A stretch of DNA of 64,000 nucleotides from a bacterium (GTDB taxonomy: Bacteria > Patescibacteriota > Dojkabacteria > JAKAPS01 > JAJZLI01): contig JAJZIL010000002.1 in the NCBI GenBank assembly GCA_021810605.1, positions 1,109 through 65,108 of the forward strand, read 5' to 3'. A model generated the notes under the pieces. That model ran no database searches, was not told the DNA's origin, and saw nothing but the letters and a program-made list of their open reading frames with translations. Numbering within the stretch: position 1 is the stretch's first letter; each line of letters opens with the position of its first letter. This document shows positions 40,963 to 51,645 of this stretch, piece after piece. Position numbers and translations under genes: made by a program.

Positions 40963-41740
40963 AAATATAAGATCTATAAGTCTTATTAGTTCTTTAATTA
41001 TAGTGATTATTTCATTTATAAGTATAATTTTCTTTGAATCAAGAGATATTATTATTGAAGTATTATTAATCTTTATCACTTATATTATATCATTGTTAAT
41101 ATCTGATTTTAATTTTAAAATAAAGGAATTATTTAATCTTTTTATTATTCCAAGTCTAATAATTTTTTTATTTTATTCTTTTATATTAAGATATGATTTA
41201 TTACATCAAAGTATATATTTGGTAATATTTATCGGGTTAATTTACTTTATTTTTTTATATGCTTCATTTATACATATAAGTATTATTAATGTCTCTAAAT
41301 TTGAATCAGTTCCATTAGCAAGTTTTTCCTATACTATAAATTATATAATATTAACTGTAATCTCATATTTCTCTTTCTTGTTTGGTTTTCTGCAAAATAA
41401 TATTTTTTTATTAATTCTTTATATTGTAATATTTTCGATTATTATAATATCTCAAAATTTAACATCATTAGAGTATGATTCTACAGAAATCAATTTATAT
41501 AGTGCTATTGGAGCTTTAATGTTTTTTAATTTAACTATATTCTTTATTTTCTATCCGATATATATATTCATAGCAGCTCTTTCATTAGCTTTGGTTATGT
41601 ATATTTATAATGGTATATTACTTCATAATAGGACTAATAGGATTCCATATTTTAATTATATTGAATATTTAATATTTTCTATAATTATAGTCTTATCTCT
41701 TATATATATTCCTAGTTGGGGCATATCTGGTCATCTATAA
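40940..41740 (+). CDS. multi-pass membrane hypothetical protein
   Basis: 266 aa, 8-9 hydrophobic segments, IINVS....PL motif; overlaps the end of ruvB. Confidence 0.75.
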   Translation: MKNFLLSKNIRSISLISSLIIVIISFISIIFFESRDIIIEVLLIFITYIISLLISDFNFKIKELFNLFIIPSLIIFLFYSFILRYDLLHQSIYLVIFIGLIYFIFLYASFIHISIINVSKFESVPLASFSYTINYIILTVISYFSFLFGFLQNNIFLLILYIVIFSIIIISQNLTSLEYDSTEINLYSAIGALMFFNLTIFFIFYPIYIFIAALSLALVMYIYNGILLHNRTNRIPYFNYIEYLIFSIIIVLSLIYIPSWGISGHL

Positions 41741-42160
41741 TCAATTTTTATTGAAATTGTAGGGGAGTAAGTATCTTAATTATTCTTTTTCCATATTTTC
41801 TTTTTATAATTAAATTATTAATTATAGTAATTAGATAAATTATATATATTATTATAAATATAATTTATAGAGAAAGTTTATAAATCTGCTAAATATATTA
41901 CTATAACAGTCAAAGTAGGGGGTAGAGTCCTATAGTATAGAACCTATAGTGATTAGTTGAATAGGGCAATACTACCTTATAGTATTTTTAATTAATGTGG
42001 ATAAGTGAGTCGGCAAGATATACCTAAATATGATAATTAGATTATAAGTAAGTGATAATATTTTAGAAATATGAATATAATTATTAAAATAATAAAGTAT
42101 AATGTCTCTCTCATATAAGTAATGATAGAGAGGTACTCTTCTTCCATCATAAAAGCTATT

Positions 42161-42274
42161 AGAAAGATAAAAATATAACTGAGTATAATCACCCTTATAC
42201 TCAGTTATTAACTTCTGTTTTTTAAAAAGGTAGGTCCCCTTCTATTCTACTCTATTTTAGACGTTTATCTTTCT
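42161..42274. repeat. nested inverted repeats (hairpin within a larger stem)
   Basis: AGAAAGATAAA (42161) / TTTATCTTTCT (42264) enclose a perfect 14-bp stem ATAACTGAGTATAA-TCACCC-TTATACTCAGTTAT (42175-42208). Confidence 0.85.
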
Positions 42275-42439
42275 TAAGGTATAAATTATTATGATATTGC
42301 AAAAATAGAAATTTTATTTATATATAATATATTATATATTTTTTTATTATTCTCTATTTATAGAATTTATATTTTATGAGAATTTTTTGTGAATAAATAT
42401 TTGTTTAGTATTATTTTTACTTTTTATCATAAATAAACC

Positions 42440-42773
42440 CAATTATTTTTATAATAAATACATATAGAGAAAGTATTACTGTTTGTGGAATAAATGTTTT
42501 AGTATCTGGAAGTATAGCAACTTATCCCCTATTGAGGATGCTGTGGAGAAGAAGTAGTCCAAGAAAAAGTTATTATAAGTAGATTTTATAGTTAAATTTT
42601 ACATATTTGATACTCCTACATATGCTAGAATTGCAGGTTTTTTAAAATTAGAAGTCATAAAAATGCTGAATACTAAAATATTAGGTAAAAATAAATCTAA
42701 TAAGTTCATAACTAACATTGAGAATATAGCATTATTTAGTAGTAACTTAAATCTAATTTTCTTTATTTTTCAT
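42440..42773 (-). pseudogene. probable frameshifted remnant of a secreted/membrane protein gene
   Basis: ATG at 42773 then a shifted frame KIKKIRFKLLLNNAIFSMLVMNLLDLFLPNILVF..., a stop, and a fragment ITFSWTTSSP resembling an FN3-type strand. Confidence 0.4.
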
Positions 42774-42831
42774 ATTATATATAATATATTATATACATTC
42801 TATATTTTTATAATTATTTTTTATATAAATT

Positions 42832-43044
42832 ATGGCTAATTCAAAAATAAAATTAACAAAAAATGGTCCTTTAAAAATTTCAGGTGATTTTGAACTTGAA
42901 GATGAACAAGAGAAAGTAATACAGATTTCTGGTGATAATTATCTTTGTAGATGTGGAAATTCATCAGATAAACCTTTTTGTGATGGAACTCATGCTGTAT
43001 TACATTTTGATTCATCTAAAGGAATACAAGAATATTCTGAATGA
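42832..43044 (+). CDS. CDGSH iron-sulfur domain protein
   Basis: NGPL..G, LCRCGNSSDKPFCDGTH. Confidence 0.93.
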   Translation: MANSKIKLTKNGPLKISGDFELEDEQEKVIQISGDNYLCRCGNSSDKPFCDGTHAVLHFDSSKGIQEYSE

Positions 43045-43718
43045 AAATTATATTGAAAGAAAAGAAAAAATTATTTGATGATATTTATGAATTTAATTTT
43101 AAGTCAGATGATATTGTAAATTGGATTCCTGGACAATTTTTACAATATTATATTGATTGTAAGGATGATGGTAGAGGTACAGATAGATTTTTTACTATTG
43201 CATCTTCCCCATTAGAGGGTATTATAAAATTAACAACAAGATTTTCTTCTAAAGGGAGTTCATTTAAGAAAGTACTAAAAGGTATAAAAATTGGAACTTC
43301 TTTAAATGTAGAAGGTCCTTGGGGTAAATTTACACTTATAGATAGTTATATAACAAAAAAGATTTTTTTTATTTCAGGAGGTGTAGGAATTACTCCTTTT
43401 AGAAGTATTATTCAAGATTTATATTTAAAAAAAGAAAAAATTGATATTACCCTACTCTATTATAATAAAACATCAGAATTTATATATAAAAATGAATTTG
43501 ATAAAAATAATGCAATAAAAAAATCATATATAATAGGTTCGGTCGATAAAATATCTTTATTAGAGAATATTAATGTATTAGATAATCAAAATTCTCTCTA
43601 TTACATTTCAGGTCCTGAAGGGTTTGTTAAGACTACAGAGAGTATATTCTTGAATGATTTAAATATTTATAAAGAAAATTTAAAATCAGATTTTTTCCCA
43701 GGTTACTCTAAAATATAA
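43041..43718 (+). CDS. FAD/NAD(P)-binding ferredoxin reductase-like oxidoreductase
   Basis: PGQF, RFFTIASSP, GSSFK, GPWG.F, GGVGITPFRS, YISGP. Confidence 0.9.
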   Translation: MKIILKEKKKLFDDIYEFNFKSDDIVNWIPGQFLQYYIDCKDDGRGTDRFFTIASSPLEGIIKLTTRFSSKGSSFKKVLKGIKIGTSLNVEGPWGKFTLIDSYITKKIFFISGGVGITPFRSIIQDLYLKKEKIDITLLYYNKTSEFIYKNEFDKNNAIKKSYIIGSVDKISLLENINVLDNQNSLYYISGPEGFVKTTESIFLNDLNIYKENLKSDFFPGYSKI

Positions 43719-43761
43719 AATATTATTGAAAGTAGTAATTTTTTGTTATAGTATGATATAT

Positions 43762-44733
43762 ATGGAATTCAAACTATTAGATCATAAAAAAGATTTTCTA
43801 TTAAATCTTTTGAATAATAACTATAGTAATGAAACTATATATAACTATACAAGAGATCTTTCTCTTTTTGAACTATTTTTATCTTCTAGAGGTATTGGAT
43901 TCAGTGATATAGATAAAAATGATATTGTTAATTTTAAGGATTTTTTACGTACTGGTGAATATATAGGTATACTTAAGGAAGATAAAGAGAATATTCATAA
44001 TTTTAGTAAAGATTCTACAGGGAAACTTTCTCCAAGGTCTATTAATAGAGTATTATCTTCCTTAAGAACATATATTAGGTATCTAATTGATTTTGAATTT
44101 GATTTTCCAGTTGCTCCTGAATCTATAAAATTAATAAAGACAGAAAAAAAATCTTCTCAAGTTGCAGAATTTCAAGAACTTATAAAATTAATAGAATTTC
44201 CTTCAGTTTATGAAAAGAATGAATTTGTAAAATTTAGAAATAGAGCAATATTAGAAACATTATTCTCTACAGGGATGAGGATTTCAGAATTAGTATCACT
44301 TAATAGAGATCAGGTTAATGATGATGGACGAATATATGTATTAGGAAAAGGTAAAAAACAGAGATTTGTATATCTTACAGAAAGAGCAAAGAAGAATATA
44401 TTCAATTATTTAGAATTAAGAGATGATGATAATAATGCATTATTTACACCAATTAGAGGTGGTAGAAATGGTAGTGTAAATAATAGAATCTCAACAAATT
44501 ATATTCAGGATAAAATTTCATTTTATAGAAAAAAATTAGGAATAATAGTACCTACAAGTGCTCATAGTTTAAGGCATGGGTTTGCTACTTATCTTGCAGA
44601 AGAAGGTGCTAATGCAGTAGCAATACAAATATTATTAGGACATGAGTCATTACAGACTACTAATAAATATATGCATGCTTCTGATAAATATGCAGAAGAG
44701 ACTCACAAAAAGTTTCATCCATTAAAAAATTAA
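43762..44733 (+). CDS. tyrosine recombinase (XerC/XerD-like)
   Basis: N-terminal SAM-like domain (S.ETI.NY.RDL), TGMRISE, GKGKKQR, HSLRHGFAT, LLGH, TNKY: complete R-K-H-R-H-Y catalytic set. Confidence 0.95.
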   Translation: MEFKLLDHKKDFLLNLLNNNYSNETIYNYTRDLSLFELFLSSRGIGFSDIDKNDIVNFKDFLRTGEYIGILKEDKENIHNFSKDSTGKLSPRSINRVLSSLRTYIRYLIDFEFDFPVAPESIKLIKTEKKSSQVAEFQELIKLIEFPSVYEKNEFVKFRNRAILETLFSTGMRISELVSLNRDQVNDDGRIYVLGKGKKQRFVYLTERAKKNIFNYLELRDDDNNALFTPIRGGRNGSVNNRISTNYIQDKISFYRKKLGIIVPTSAHSLRHGFATYLAEEGANAVAIQILLGHESLQTTNKYMHASDKYAEETHKKFHPLKN

Positions 44734-44742
44734 ATATTTTCT

Positions 44743-45111
44743 TTAATTACAAGTGTCTAGATTACTCCCATTGTAATTATATTCACCTGATCTGATAGAT
44801 TCATATTGATTAGCATTTCCTGGATAGAAAGTACATAATGTTCCTCCAGACCCACCATTTATATCATTGTTATATATAGAATATTGGAATATAGATGGAA
44901 CGGAAGTTAGGGATTGAGTATACAAGGTTACTTGTCTAGATGTATTTCGGTAACTAGATTGAGAATAGACTCCATATTGTTCTACTATATTTGTAGGACC
45001 TACACCAGCATAAACTACAGAGTCTCTATATAAAAAAATTCCGACAAACACAAAAAATATAGAAAAAACTATAACTTTGAGTAATATTTTCCTATTTTTT
45101 AAAAACTTCAT
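44743..45111 (-). CDS. short secreted protein sharing its signal peptide with 60903-62777
   Basis: MKFLKNRKILLKVIVFSIFFVFVGIFLY identical to the long ORF, then RDSVVYA cleavage-like site and a distinct mature region with 2 Cys; converges on the recombinase. Confidence 0.75.
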   Translation of the reverse strand: MKFLKNRKILLKVIVFSIFFVFVGIFLYRDSVVYAGVGPTNIVEQYGVYSQSSYRNTSRQVTLYTQSLTSVPSIFQYSIYNNDINGGSGGTLCTFYPGNANQYESIRSGEYNYNGSNLDTCN

Positions 45112-45158
45112 TATATCTAATATATACAATATAATATAAAAATTCAATACTAATTAAT
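45027..45158 (-). repeat. inverted repeat, left copy (132 bp)
   Basis: Reverse complement matches 60856-60987 with a single synonymous mismatch (AAG vs AAA). Confidence 0.97.
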
Positions 45159-45310
45159 ATATAGACAGAATTCTTATGATTAGTAGTTGTTTATAAGTTT
45201 AGTAAAAATCATATAATTTTGACTTTCAATATATTTATAATATAATAGATAATACCTTGTGAGTAAAGAGGTCTTTTACTAGAAATACTAGAAAATTTTT
45301 AATTTTTACA

Positions 45311-47251
45311 ATGAAGCAGTTATTAAATAAAATTTTTAATCCTCCATTAGATATTCTTGTTTTTAAAATATATATATATTGGTTTATATTAGGAATATCA
45401 ATTTTTATATTTTTTTCTAATTACTTATCAAGTCTATTTTCTGTATTAGTATTACTAATCTTCTCATCAGGATTTTTTATACTTAGATATTTAAGAGGTG
45501 ATATAAGATCTCCATTTAAGATAGCATACTTGTTTCCTATTTTTATGATATTTGCAATAATTTCTATTTTTTTTAGTGTTGATAAATATTCTTCAATACT
45601 TAGTATAATTACATATATCTCTTTATTTATAATATTTATGCTTTCTTTTGATATTTTGTCTGAACCTAAAGTATTGAAATGGTTTTTATCTTGGTTACTT
45701 TTTATAGGGGTAATATTTTCAATTGTAGGTATAATATATTATGTAGGGGGTTACAGTCATTATTTAGTAGGTACATTAAATAGTTCTTTTATATCTGCTG
45801 CTTTTTTACTATTGCTTATTCCAGTATCTTTCTATTTTTATATTTTTTCAAATAAAGTTTCTAGTAGAGTTATAAATCTCTTCACTCTTTCTATACTTAT
45901 TGTATCTTTATTTATAACTTACTCATATTTTTCATATATAGCATTATTTGTAGAAATAGTATTAATTCTATTTATATTAAGAAATTATTGGGTCAAAGAT
46001 ATAGTTAAAATCTTTTTTTTAATAGTTGTGTCAATAGTTTTATTTGTAGCAGTTAGTAAATATAATAAACCATTTGATAAAATATATAATACTTCTTCAA
46101 ATATAACTGATGTATTGAATATCTCATCCTCTCAAAGGATTAGACTTTATGAGAAAGAATGGAATATTTTTATTGCTAAACCTTTTTTTGGATATGGAAT
46201 TGGTACGAATAGTGATGTGTTTAAAAAATTCGAATATTCACCTTGGTTATATCTTTCTGGAGGATATAATGTATTTATCAATTTATTTTTAGATGTAGGT
46301 GTATTTGGTGGATTAGCTTTCTTAGGATTTTTTGGAATAATATTATATTATGGTTTTTATAGTATATTTTCTAATCCAAAATATCTTAAATTAAAAAATA
46401 ATCCTCCTAAAAATTTTATCTTTATTCCAATTTTTGTATCAATATTTGGTGTAATATTGTACTCTTTTTTTAATAATGATTTATCATATATTTCAATACT
46501 ACTACCCTTATTTATTTTTGTTGGGATCGTATTTAATTATTTTAATTTAGATAAGAAATTTTTTAAAACTTTCGCTAATATTGTATTTGTATTTTCAATA
46601 GTATTCATAGTTATATCTATAGATTTATATCTTTCTGGAGTATTTTTCAATAATGGTATAAAGGTTATAGATGGGAGTTTATCTTTAAATAAATCTCAAG
46701 TTAATTCTGCTTTAAATTATTTTGATAATTCTGCACTATTATTTCCATTTAATTTTAATACATACAATGAGATTGGAATTAGTTTTGAATATTTAAAAGA
46801 ATATAATAAATCTATTGATAATTTTAAAAAATCTCTAAGTATTAATAGTTATAATCCAAATGCTAATTATCAATTAGGAAGAGCATATTATAATAATAAT
46901 GAGTATAAAAAATCATTAGTATATTTCAAGAAAGCATATAATTTTAATAAATTATATAATCCATTATATCTTTTATCTTTAGGAGAATATTACTCTTTTA
47001 GAAAACAAAATTCTAAATCTGAAAAAATATATAAAGAAGCAATAAAATTGTTTCCACTAAAAAATCTAATACATGAAGATTATCCTCAAATATTTTATAA
47101 TAACAATGATAATTCTAACCTATCAAATATATATACAAATCTATATTCAATGACTAAAAATATTAAATATTATAATTTATATGAAGAGCTATCTCCTCTA
47201 CATATACAAACAAAAATTCCAATAAAGAAATCTGTGCCTAAGAAAAAATAA
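45311..47251 (+). CDS. O-antigen ligase (Wzy_C)-like membrane protein with C-terminal TPR repeats
   Basis: More than 10 TM segments, SSSQRIRLY...IF..KPFFGYGIGT, N.FINL..D.G.FG, then TPR-like helices. Confidence 0.78.
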   Translation: MKQLLNKIFNPPLDILVFKIYIYWFILGISIFIFFSNYLSSLFSVLVLLIFSSGFFILRYLRGDIRSPFKIAYLFPIFMIFAIISIFFSVDKYSSILSIITYISLFIIFMLSFDILSEPKVLKWFLSWLLFIGVIFSIVGIIYYVGGYSHYLVGTLNSSFISAAFLLLLIPVSFYFYIFSNKVSSRVINLFTLSILIVSLFITYSYFSYIALFVEIVLILFILRNYWVKDIVKIFFLIVVSIVLFVAVSKYNKPFDKIYNTSSNITDVLNISSSQRIRLYEKEWNIFIAKPFFGYGIGTNSDVFKKFEYSPWLYLSGGYNVFINLFLDVGVFGGLAFLGFFGIILYYGFYSIFSNPKYLKLKNNPPKNFIFIPIFVSIFGVILYSFFNNDLSYISILLPLFIFVGIVFNYFNLDKKFFKTFANIVFVFSIVFIVISIDLYLSGVFFNNGIKVIDGSLSLNKSQVNSALNYFDNSALLFPFNFNTYNEIGISFEYLKEYNKSIDNFKKSLSINSYNPNANYQLGRAYYNNNEYKKSLVYFKKAYNFNKLYNPLYLLSLGEYYSFRKQNSKSEKIYKEAIKLFPLKNLIHEDYPQIFYNNNDNSNLSNIYTNLYSMTKNIKYYNLYEELSPLHIQTKIPIKKSVPKKK

Positions 47252-47258
47252 TGAATGT

Positions 47259-49715
47259 TTAATTACTTTCTATTGTAGAGACTATATCTCCATTTTTAAG
47301 ATTTATAAGTTTTACTCCAGATGTGTGTCTATTGTGTTTTGGAATAGAAGCAATATCCATTTTTATAATCTGACCTTTGTTTGATATAATCAATATTTCA
47401 CTGCTTTGAGTATTTATCATTTTCATTGAAGCTATTTTCCCAGTTTTAGAATTTATTTTTGATGCAAATACTCCCTTTCCACCTCTTATTTGAGTATTAT
47501 ACTTTTCTACTGGAGTTCTTTTTCCAAAACCATTTTCACTAACAATTAATACATCTGTTCCTTCCTCTACTATACCTACTCCTACTACTTCATTATCAGT
47601 AGTCATCTTAATTGATCGTACTCCTCTAGATGCTCTTCCTGTTTCTCTTACATCACTTTCTTTAAATCTAATTGAATTTGCATTCTTTGTTACTACTATA
47701 ACTTCTTTTTCTCCATCTGTTTTTTCTACCCATTTTAGTAAATCACCTTTATCTAATTTGATAGCTATAATTCCATTTTTTCTTATATTTGAAAGATCTG
47801 ATATTTTTGTTTTTTTTACAATACCATTCTTTGTTGTCATAAATAGATATTTATAGTCATTTCCAGATTTATCTAGAGTTATTACTGCATTAATATTTTC
47901 TCCTCCTTCAAGATTAATAAAATTAACCATAGGTTGACCTTTTGCAACTCTTGAGAATTCTGGTATCTCATAGACTTTTGATTGGAATACTCTTCCTTTA
48001 TTAGAGAAAAACAAAATATCATTTAGAGTTGTAGTCATTATTGCATGTGATATTACATCTTCTTCTTTAGTAGTCATACCTATTATTCCCTTTCCACCTC
48101 TATTTTGAACTTTATATGTATCAGGAGAAATTCTTTTTATATATCCAGTCTTACTAATAGTTATTAAAGTTTCCTTATCTTCTACAATATCTTGAATATC
48201 AAACTCTCCTACCTTTGATTTAACTACTTTTGTAAGTCTTTCATCACCATACTTTTCTATAATCTCTCTACTTTCATTTTTGACTATTTTAACGATATTA
48301 AATTTATCAGAAAGTATAGTTTCAAGTTTACTAATAAGCTCTCTTATACTTTTTAGTTCATCTTCAATTTTTTGTCTTTCTAAAGCAGCAAGTCTTCTAA
48401 GTTGCATATCTAATATTGCTTGAGATTGAATCTCTGATAGATTAAAATTTTTAATTAATTTTAATTTAGCTTCATCAGCATCTTTAGAAGATCTTATAAT
48501 ATTAATTACTTCATCAATATTATCTATAGCAATCTTTAAACCTTCTAATATATGTTCTCTCTCTTTAGCTTTTCGAAGATCAAATTCAGTTCTTTTCTGT
48601 ATTACCGTTATCCTGTGTTCTATAAATATTTCTAATATATTTTTTAGATTAAGTGTTTTTGGTTCCCCATCAACTAGTGCTAGCATATTAGAATTAAATA
48701 CAGATTGTAGTTCAGTAAATTTAAATAATTTATTAATTATTATTTTTGCTCTTGCATCTTTTTTAAGATCTAATACTATTCTTATATCAGTTTTTGCACT
48801 TTCATCTCTAATATCTGAAATTCCTTCAATTTTTTCATTTTTTACTAAATCTGCAATTTTGATTATAAGTCTTGCTTTATTTACTTGAAAAGGAAGCTCA
48901 GTTATAATTATCTGCATTTTTCCAGATTTATTTTCTACTATTTCTGCCTTTCCTCTTGTGAGTACCCTACCTCTTCCTGTCATATACATATTTAAAATTT
49001 CATCTCTATCATATATAGTTCCAAGAGTAGGAAAATCTGGACCTTTTATATATTCCATTAAATCTTCAACTTTAACATCATCATCCAATTTATTTGTTTC
49101 AGAAACAGATTTAATATTATCAAGTATATATATAATTGCACTCATTACCTCTTTTAGGTTATGAGGTGGGATTTTAGTAGCCATTCCTACAGCAATACCT
49201 TCTGTTCCATTTAATATCAAATTAGGTACTGCTGTAGGTAATATATCTGGTTCTTGAAGTCTTCCATCATATGTATCATGAAAATTAACAGTTTCTTTTT
49301 CTATATCTTTGATAATTTCATCAGATATTTTTTCTAGTTTTGCCTCAGTATATCTCATTGCTGCTGGACTATCACCATCAATAGAACCAAAATTCCCCTG
49401 ACCTTTAACTAAGGGGTATCTTAGTGAAAAATATTGAGCCATATGAACAAGAGCATCATATATGGAAATATCTCCATGTGGATGATATTTTCCCATCACA
49501 TCTCCAACAATTCTAGAACTTTTACTATATTTAGCTGAAAAATATAATCTATCTTCATGCATAGTATATATTATTCTTCTTTGCACTGGTTTTAATCCAT
49601 CTTTTGCATCAGGTAATGCTCTAGCAGTAATAACACTCATTGAGTAGTTAATATAACTTTTTTTCATTTCATCTGAGATGTTTACTATTCTAATTTTATC
49701 TATAGTATTATCCAT
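47259..49715 (-). CDS. gyrA: DNA gyrase subunit A
   Basis: [29 protein letters not shown], GyrA-box QNRGGKG. Confidence 0.98.
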   Translation of the reverse strand: MDNTIDKIRIVNISDEMKKSYINYSMSVITARALPDAKDGLKPVQRRIIYTMHEDRLYFSAKYSKSSRIVGDVMGKYHPHGDISIYDALVHMAQYFSLRYPLVKGQGNFGSIDGDSPAAMRYTEAKLEKISDEIIKDIEKETVNFHDTYDGRLQEPDILPTAVPNLILNGTEGIAVGMATKIPPHNLKEVMSAIIYILDNIKSVSETNKLDDDVKVEDLMEYIKGPDFPTLGTIYDRDEILNMYMTGRGRVLTRGKAEIVENKSGKMQIIITELPFQVNKARLIIKIADLVKNEKIEGISDIRDESAKTDIRIVLDLKKDARAKIIINKLFKFTELQSVFNSNMLALVDGEPKTLNLKNILEIFIEHRITVIQKRTEFDLRKAKEREHILEGLKIAIDNIDEVINIIRSSKDADEAKLKLIKNFNLSEIQSQAILDMQLRRLAALERQKIEDELKSIRELISKLETILSDKFNIVKIVKNESREIIEKYGDERLTKVVKSKVGEFDIQDIVEDKETLITISKTGYIKRISPDTYKVQNRGGKGIIGMTTKEEDVISHAIMTTTLNDILFFSNKGRVFQSKVYEIPEFSRVAKGQPMVNFINLEGGENINAVITLDKSGNDYKYLFMTTKNGIVKKTKISDLSNIRKNGIIAIKLDKGDLLKWVEKTDGEKEVIVVTKNANSIRFKESDVRETGRASRGVRSIKMTTDNEVVGVGIVEEGTDVLIVSENGFGKRTPVEKYNTQIRGGKGVFASKINSKTGKIASMKMINTQSSEILIISNKGQIIKMDIASIPKHNRHTSGVKLINLKNGDIVSTIESN

Positions 49716-49719
49716 ATTC

Positions 49720-51642
49720 TTATATATCTATTTCTGCTGATTTAGCATTTAATTGTATAAATTTTTTTCTAGGAGGAACTTCTGTTCCCATTAACATTTC
49801 AAAAGTTTTATCTGCTTCTTCAAAGTCATCTATATTGATTTGCTTTAGTACCCTTGTTGCAGGATTCATTGTAGTATCCCATAATTGTTCAGAATTCATT
49901 TCTCCCAACCCTTTATACCTTTGTATAGAATTAATTTTGATATTTTCTGATTCTAATCTCTTTGTTATCTTCTCTAAATCACTATCATCTAATGCCCAAA
50001 TTTCATCTTTTGTATTTGATGTAGTGAGTTTATATAAAGGAGGTTGTGCTATATATACATATCCTTTTTCTAGAACTTCTTTGAGATGTCTATATAGGAA
50101 AGTTAATATTAATGTAGCAATATGCTCCCCATCTACATCTGCATCTGCCATTATTATAATTTTTTTGTATCTTATTTTATCTATATTGAGAGTATCTGCT
50201 ATTCCTGTACCTAATGCTATTACAAAATCTTTTAATTTATCATTTTCTAATACTTTATCAATTCGATATTTTTCACTATTTATAGGTTTTCCTGTTAGAG
50301 GTAATATTGCCTGAGTCATTCTATCTCTAGCAGCCTTTGCACTTCCTCCTGCACTATCTCCTTCTACAATAAATATTTCACATCTTTCAGGATCTTTTTC
50401 ACTACAGTCAGATAACTTTCCAGGAAGAGCTCCACCTTCAAAAACTCCTTTTCTTATAACTGAATCTCTAGCAGCTTTTGCAGCCTTTCTTGCTTTTGCA
50501 GCAAGTAATACTTTATCCATAATATTCTTTGCATCTTTTGGATTTTCCTCTAGATATGTTTCTAATTCTTTTGCAACAATGTTTCTGGTGATTGTTTGAA
50601 TTTCAGAATTATTTAATTTCATTTTAGTCTGTCCCTCAAATTGTGGATTCTCAAGTTTTACAGATATGATAGCAGTAAGACCTTCTCTTACATCATCTCC
50701 TGTAAGTAAATCTTTAGTATCTTTTATCAATCCTATTTTTTTTGCATAATCATTAATTGTTTTTGTTAGAGCAGTTTTAAATCCAGTAATATGTGTTCCC
50801 CCTTCAGGATTATATATATTATTTGCAAAAGACATCATATTGTCTGAAATCTCAGTTGTATATTGCATTGCTACTTCTATCATAGAATTATCAACTTCTT
50901 TTTTTAAATATATAATATTAGTAATATTATGTTTATCTTTATCGAGAGTTCTTACATATGATTTTGCTCCACCTTCAAAATATATATAGTATGGTTGAGA
51001 ATAATTAAGACTTCTCTCATCTTGAAAAGTGAAGAGTATATTTCCTGTTAGATAAGCTTGCTCTCTTACTCTTCTAAGTAGTTGTTTACTATTTATATCT
51101 ATATCAGTAAATATACTTGTATCTGGTTTAAATGTTTGAATAGTTCCATGATCTTTGGCAATTGTATTTTCTTGTTTTTTTACTTGATATTGAGGAATAC
51201 CTTTATTGTATTCTTGTATATATCCTTCTCCTCCTATAAATGATTGAGTAGACATATATTCACTTAAAGCATTAGTACAAGAGACCCCTACTCCATGTAA
51301 TCCTCCTGATATTTTATATCCACCCTTGGATCCAAATTTCCCTCCAGCATGCAATACTGTCATAACAGTTTCTAAAGAAGATTTTTTTGTTTGTGGATGA
51401 ATTGCAACAGGAATTCCTCTTCCATTATCCTCAACTTGAATAGTTCCATCTTTAAAGATTCGTATATCTATTTTATTACAAAATCCAGCTAATGCTTCAT
51501 CAATAGCATTATCAATTACTTCATATATTATTTGATATACTCCATTTATATTTGTAGATCCAATATACATTGAAGGTCTTTTTCTAACAGCTTCTAGTCC
51601 TTCTAATACTACAATTGAATTTTCGTCATATGCCTCATCCAT
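49720..51642 (-). CDS. gyrB: DNA gyrase subunit B
   Basis: [46 protein letters not shown]. Confidence 0.98.
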   Translation of the reverse strand: MDEAYDENSIVVLEGLEAVRKRPSMYIGSTNINGVYQIIYEVIDNAIDEALAGFCNKIDIRIFKDGTIQVEDNGRGIPVAIHPQTKKSSLETVMTVLHAGGKFGSKGGYKISGGLHGVGVSCTNALSEYMSTQSFIGGEGYIQEYNKGIPQYQVKKQENTIAKDHGTIQTFKPDTSIFTDIDINSKQLLRRVREQAYLTGNILFTFQDERSLNYSQPYYIYFEGGAKSYVRTLDKDKHNITNIIYLKKEVDNSMIEVAMQYTTEISDNMMSFANNIYNPEGGTHITGFKTALTKTINDYAKKIGLIKDTKDLLTGDDVREGLTAIISVKLENPQFEGQTKMKLNNSEIQTITRNIVAKELETYLEENPKDAKNIMDKVLLAAKARKAAKAARDSVIRKGVFEGGALPGKLSDCSEKDPERCEIFIVEGDSAGGSAKAARDRMTQAILPLTGKPINSEKYRIDKVLENDKLKDFVIALGTGIADTLNIDKIRYKKIIIMADADVDGEHIATLILTFLYRHLKEVLEKGYVYIAQPPLYKLTTSNTKDEIWALDDSDLEKITKRLESENIKINSIQRYKGLGEMNSEQLWDTTMNPATRVLKQINIDDFEEADKTFEMLMGTEVPPRKKFIQLNAKSAEIDI

Positions 51643-51645
51643 AAT

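Noticed and set aside
41996-42004. Perfect DnaA box TGTGGATAA in the large intergenic region (possible oriC)
   Set aside because: Only one perfect box with a few weak neighbours, no dnaA/dnaN nearby and no switch in gene strand bias; the same 9-mer arises by chance at both pilin ends (TGT GGA TAA)
41905-42025. Resemblance to a cobalamin riboswitch, FMN riboswitch or RNase P core (GGTAGAGTCC; AGTCGGCAAGATATACCT)
   Set aside because: Required partners (GGGAA/CCC and GCCACTG, or the P4-forming CCGGCT end) are absent; kept only as an unidentified structured region
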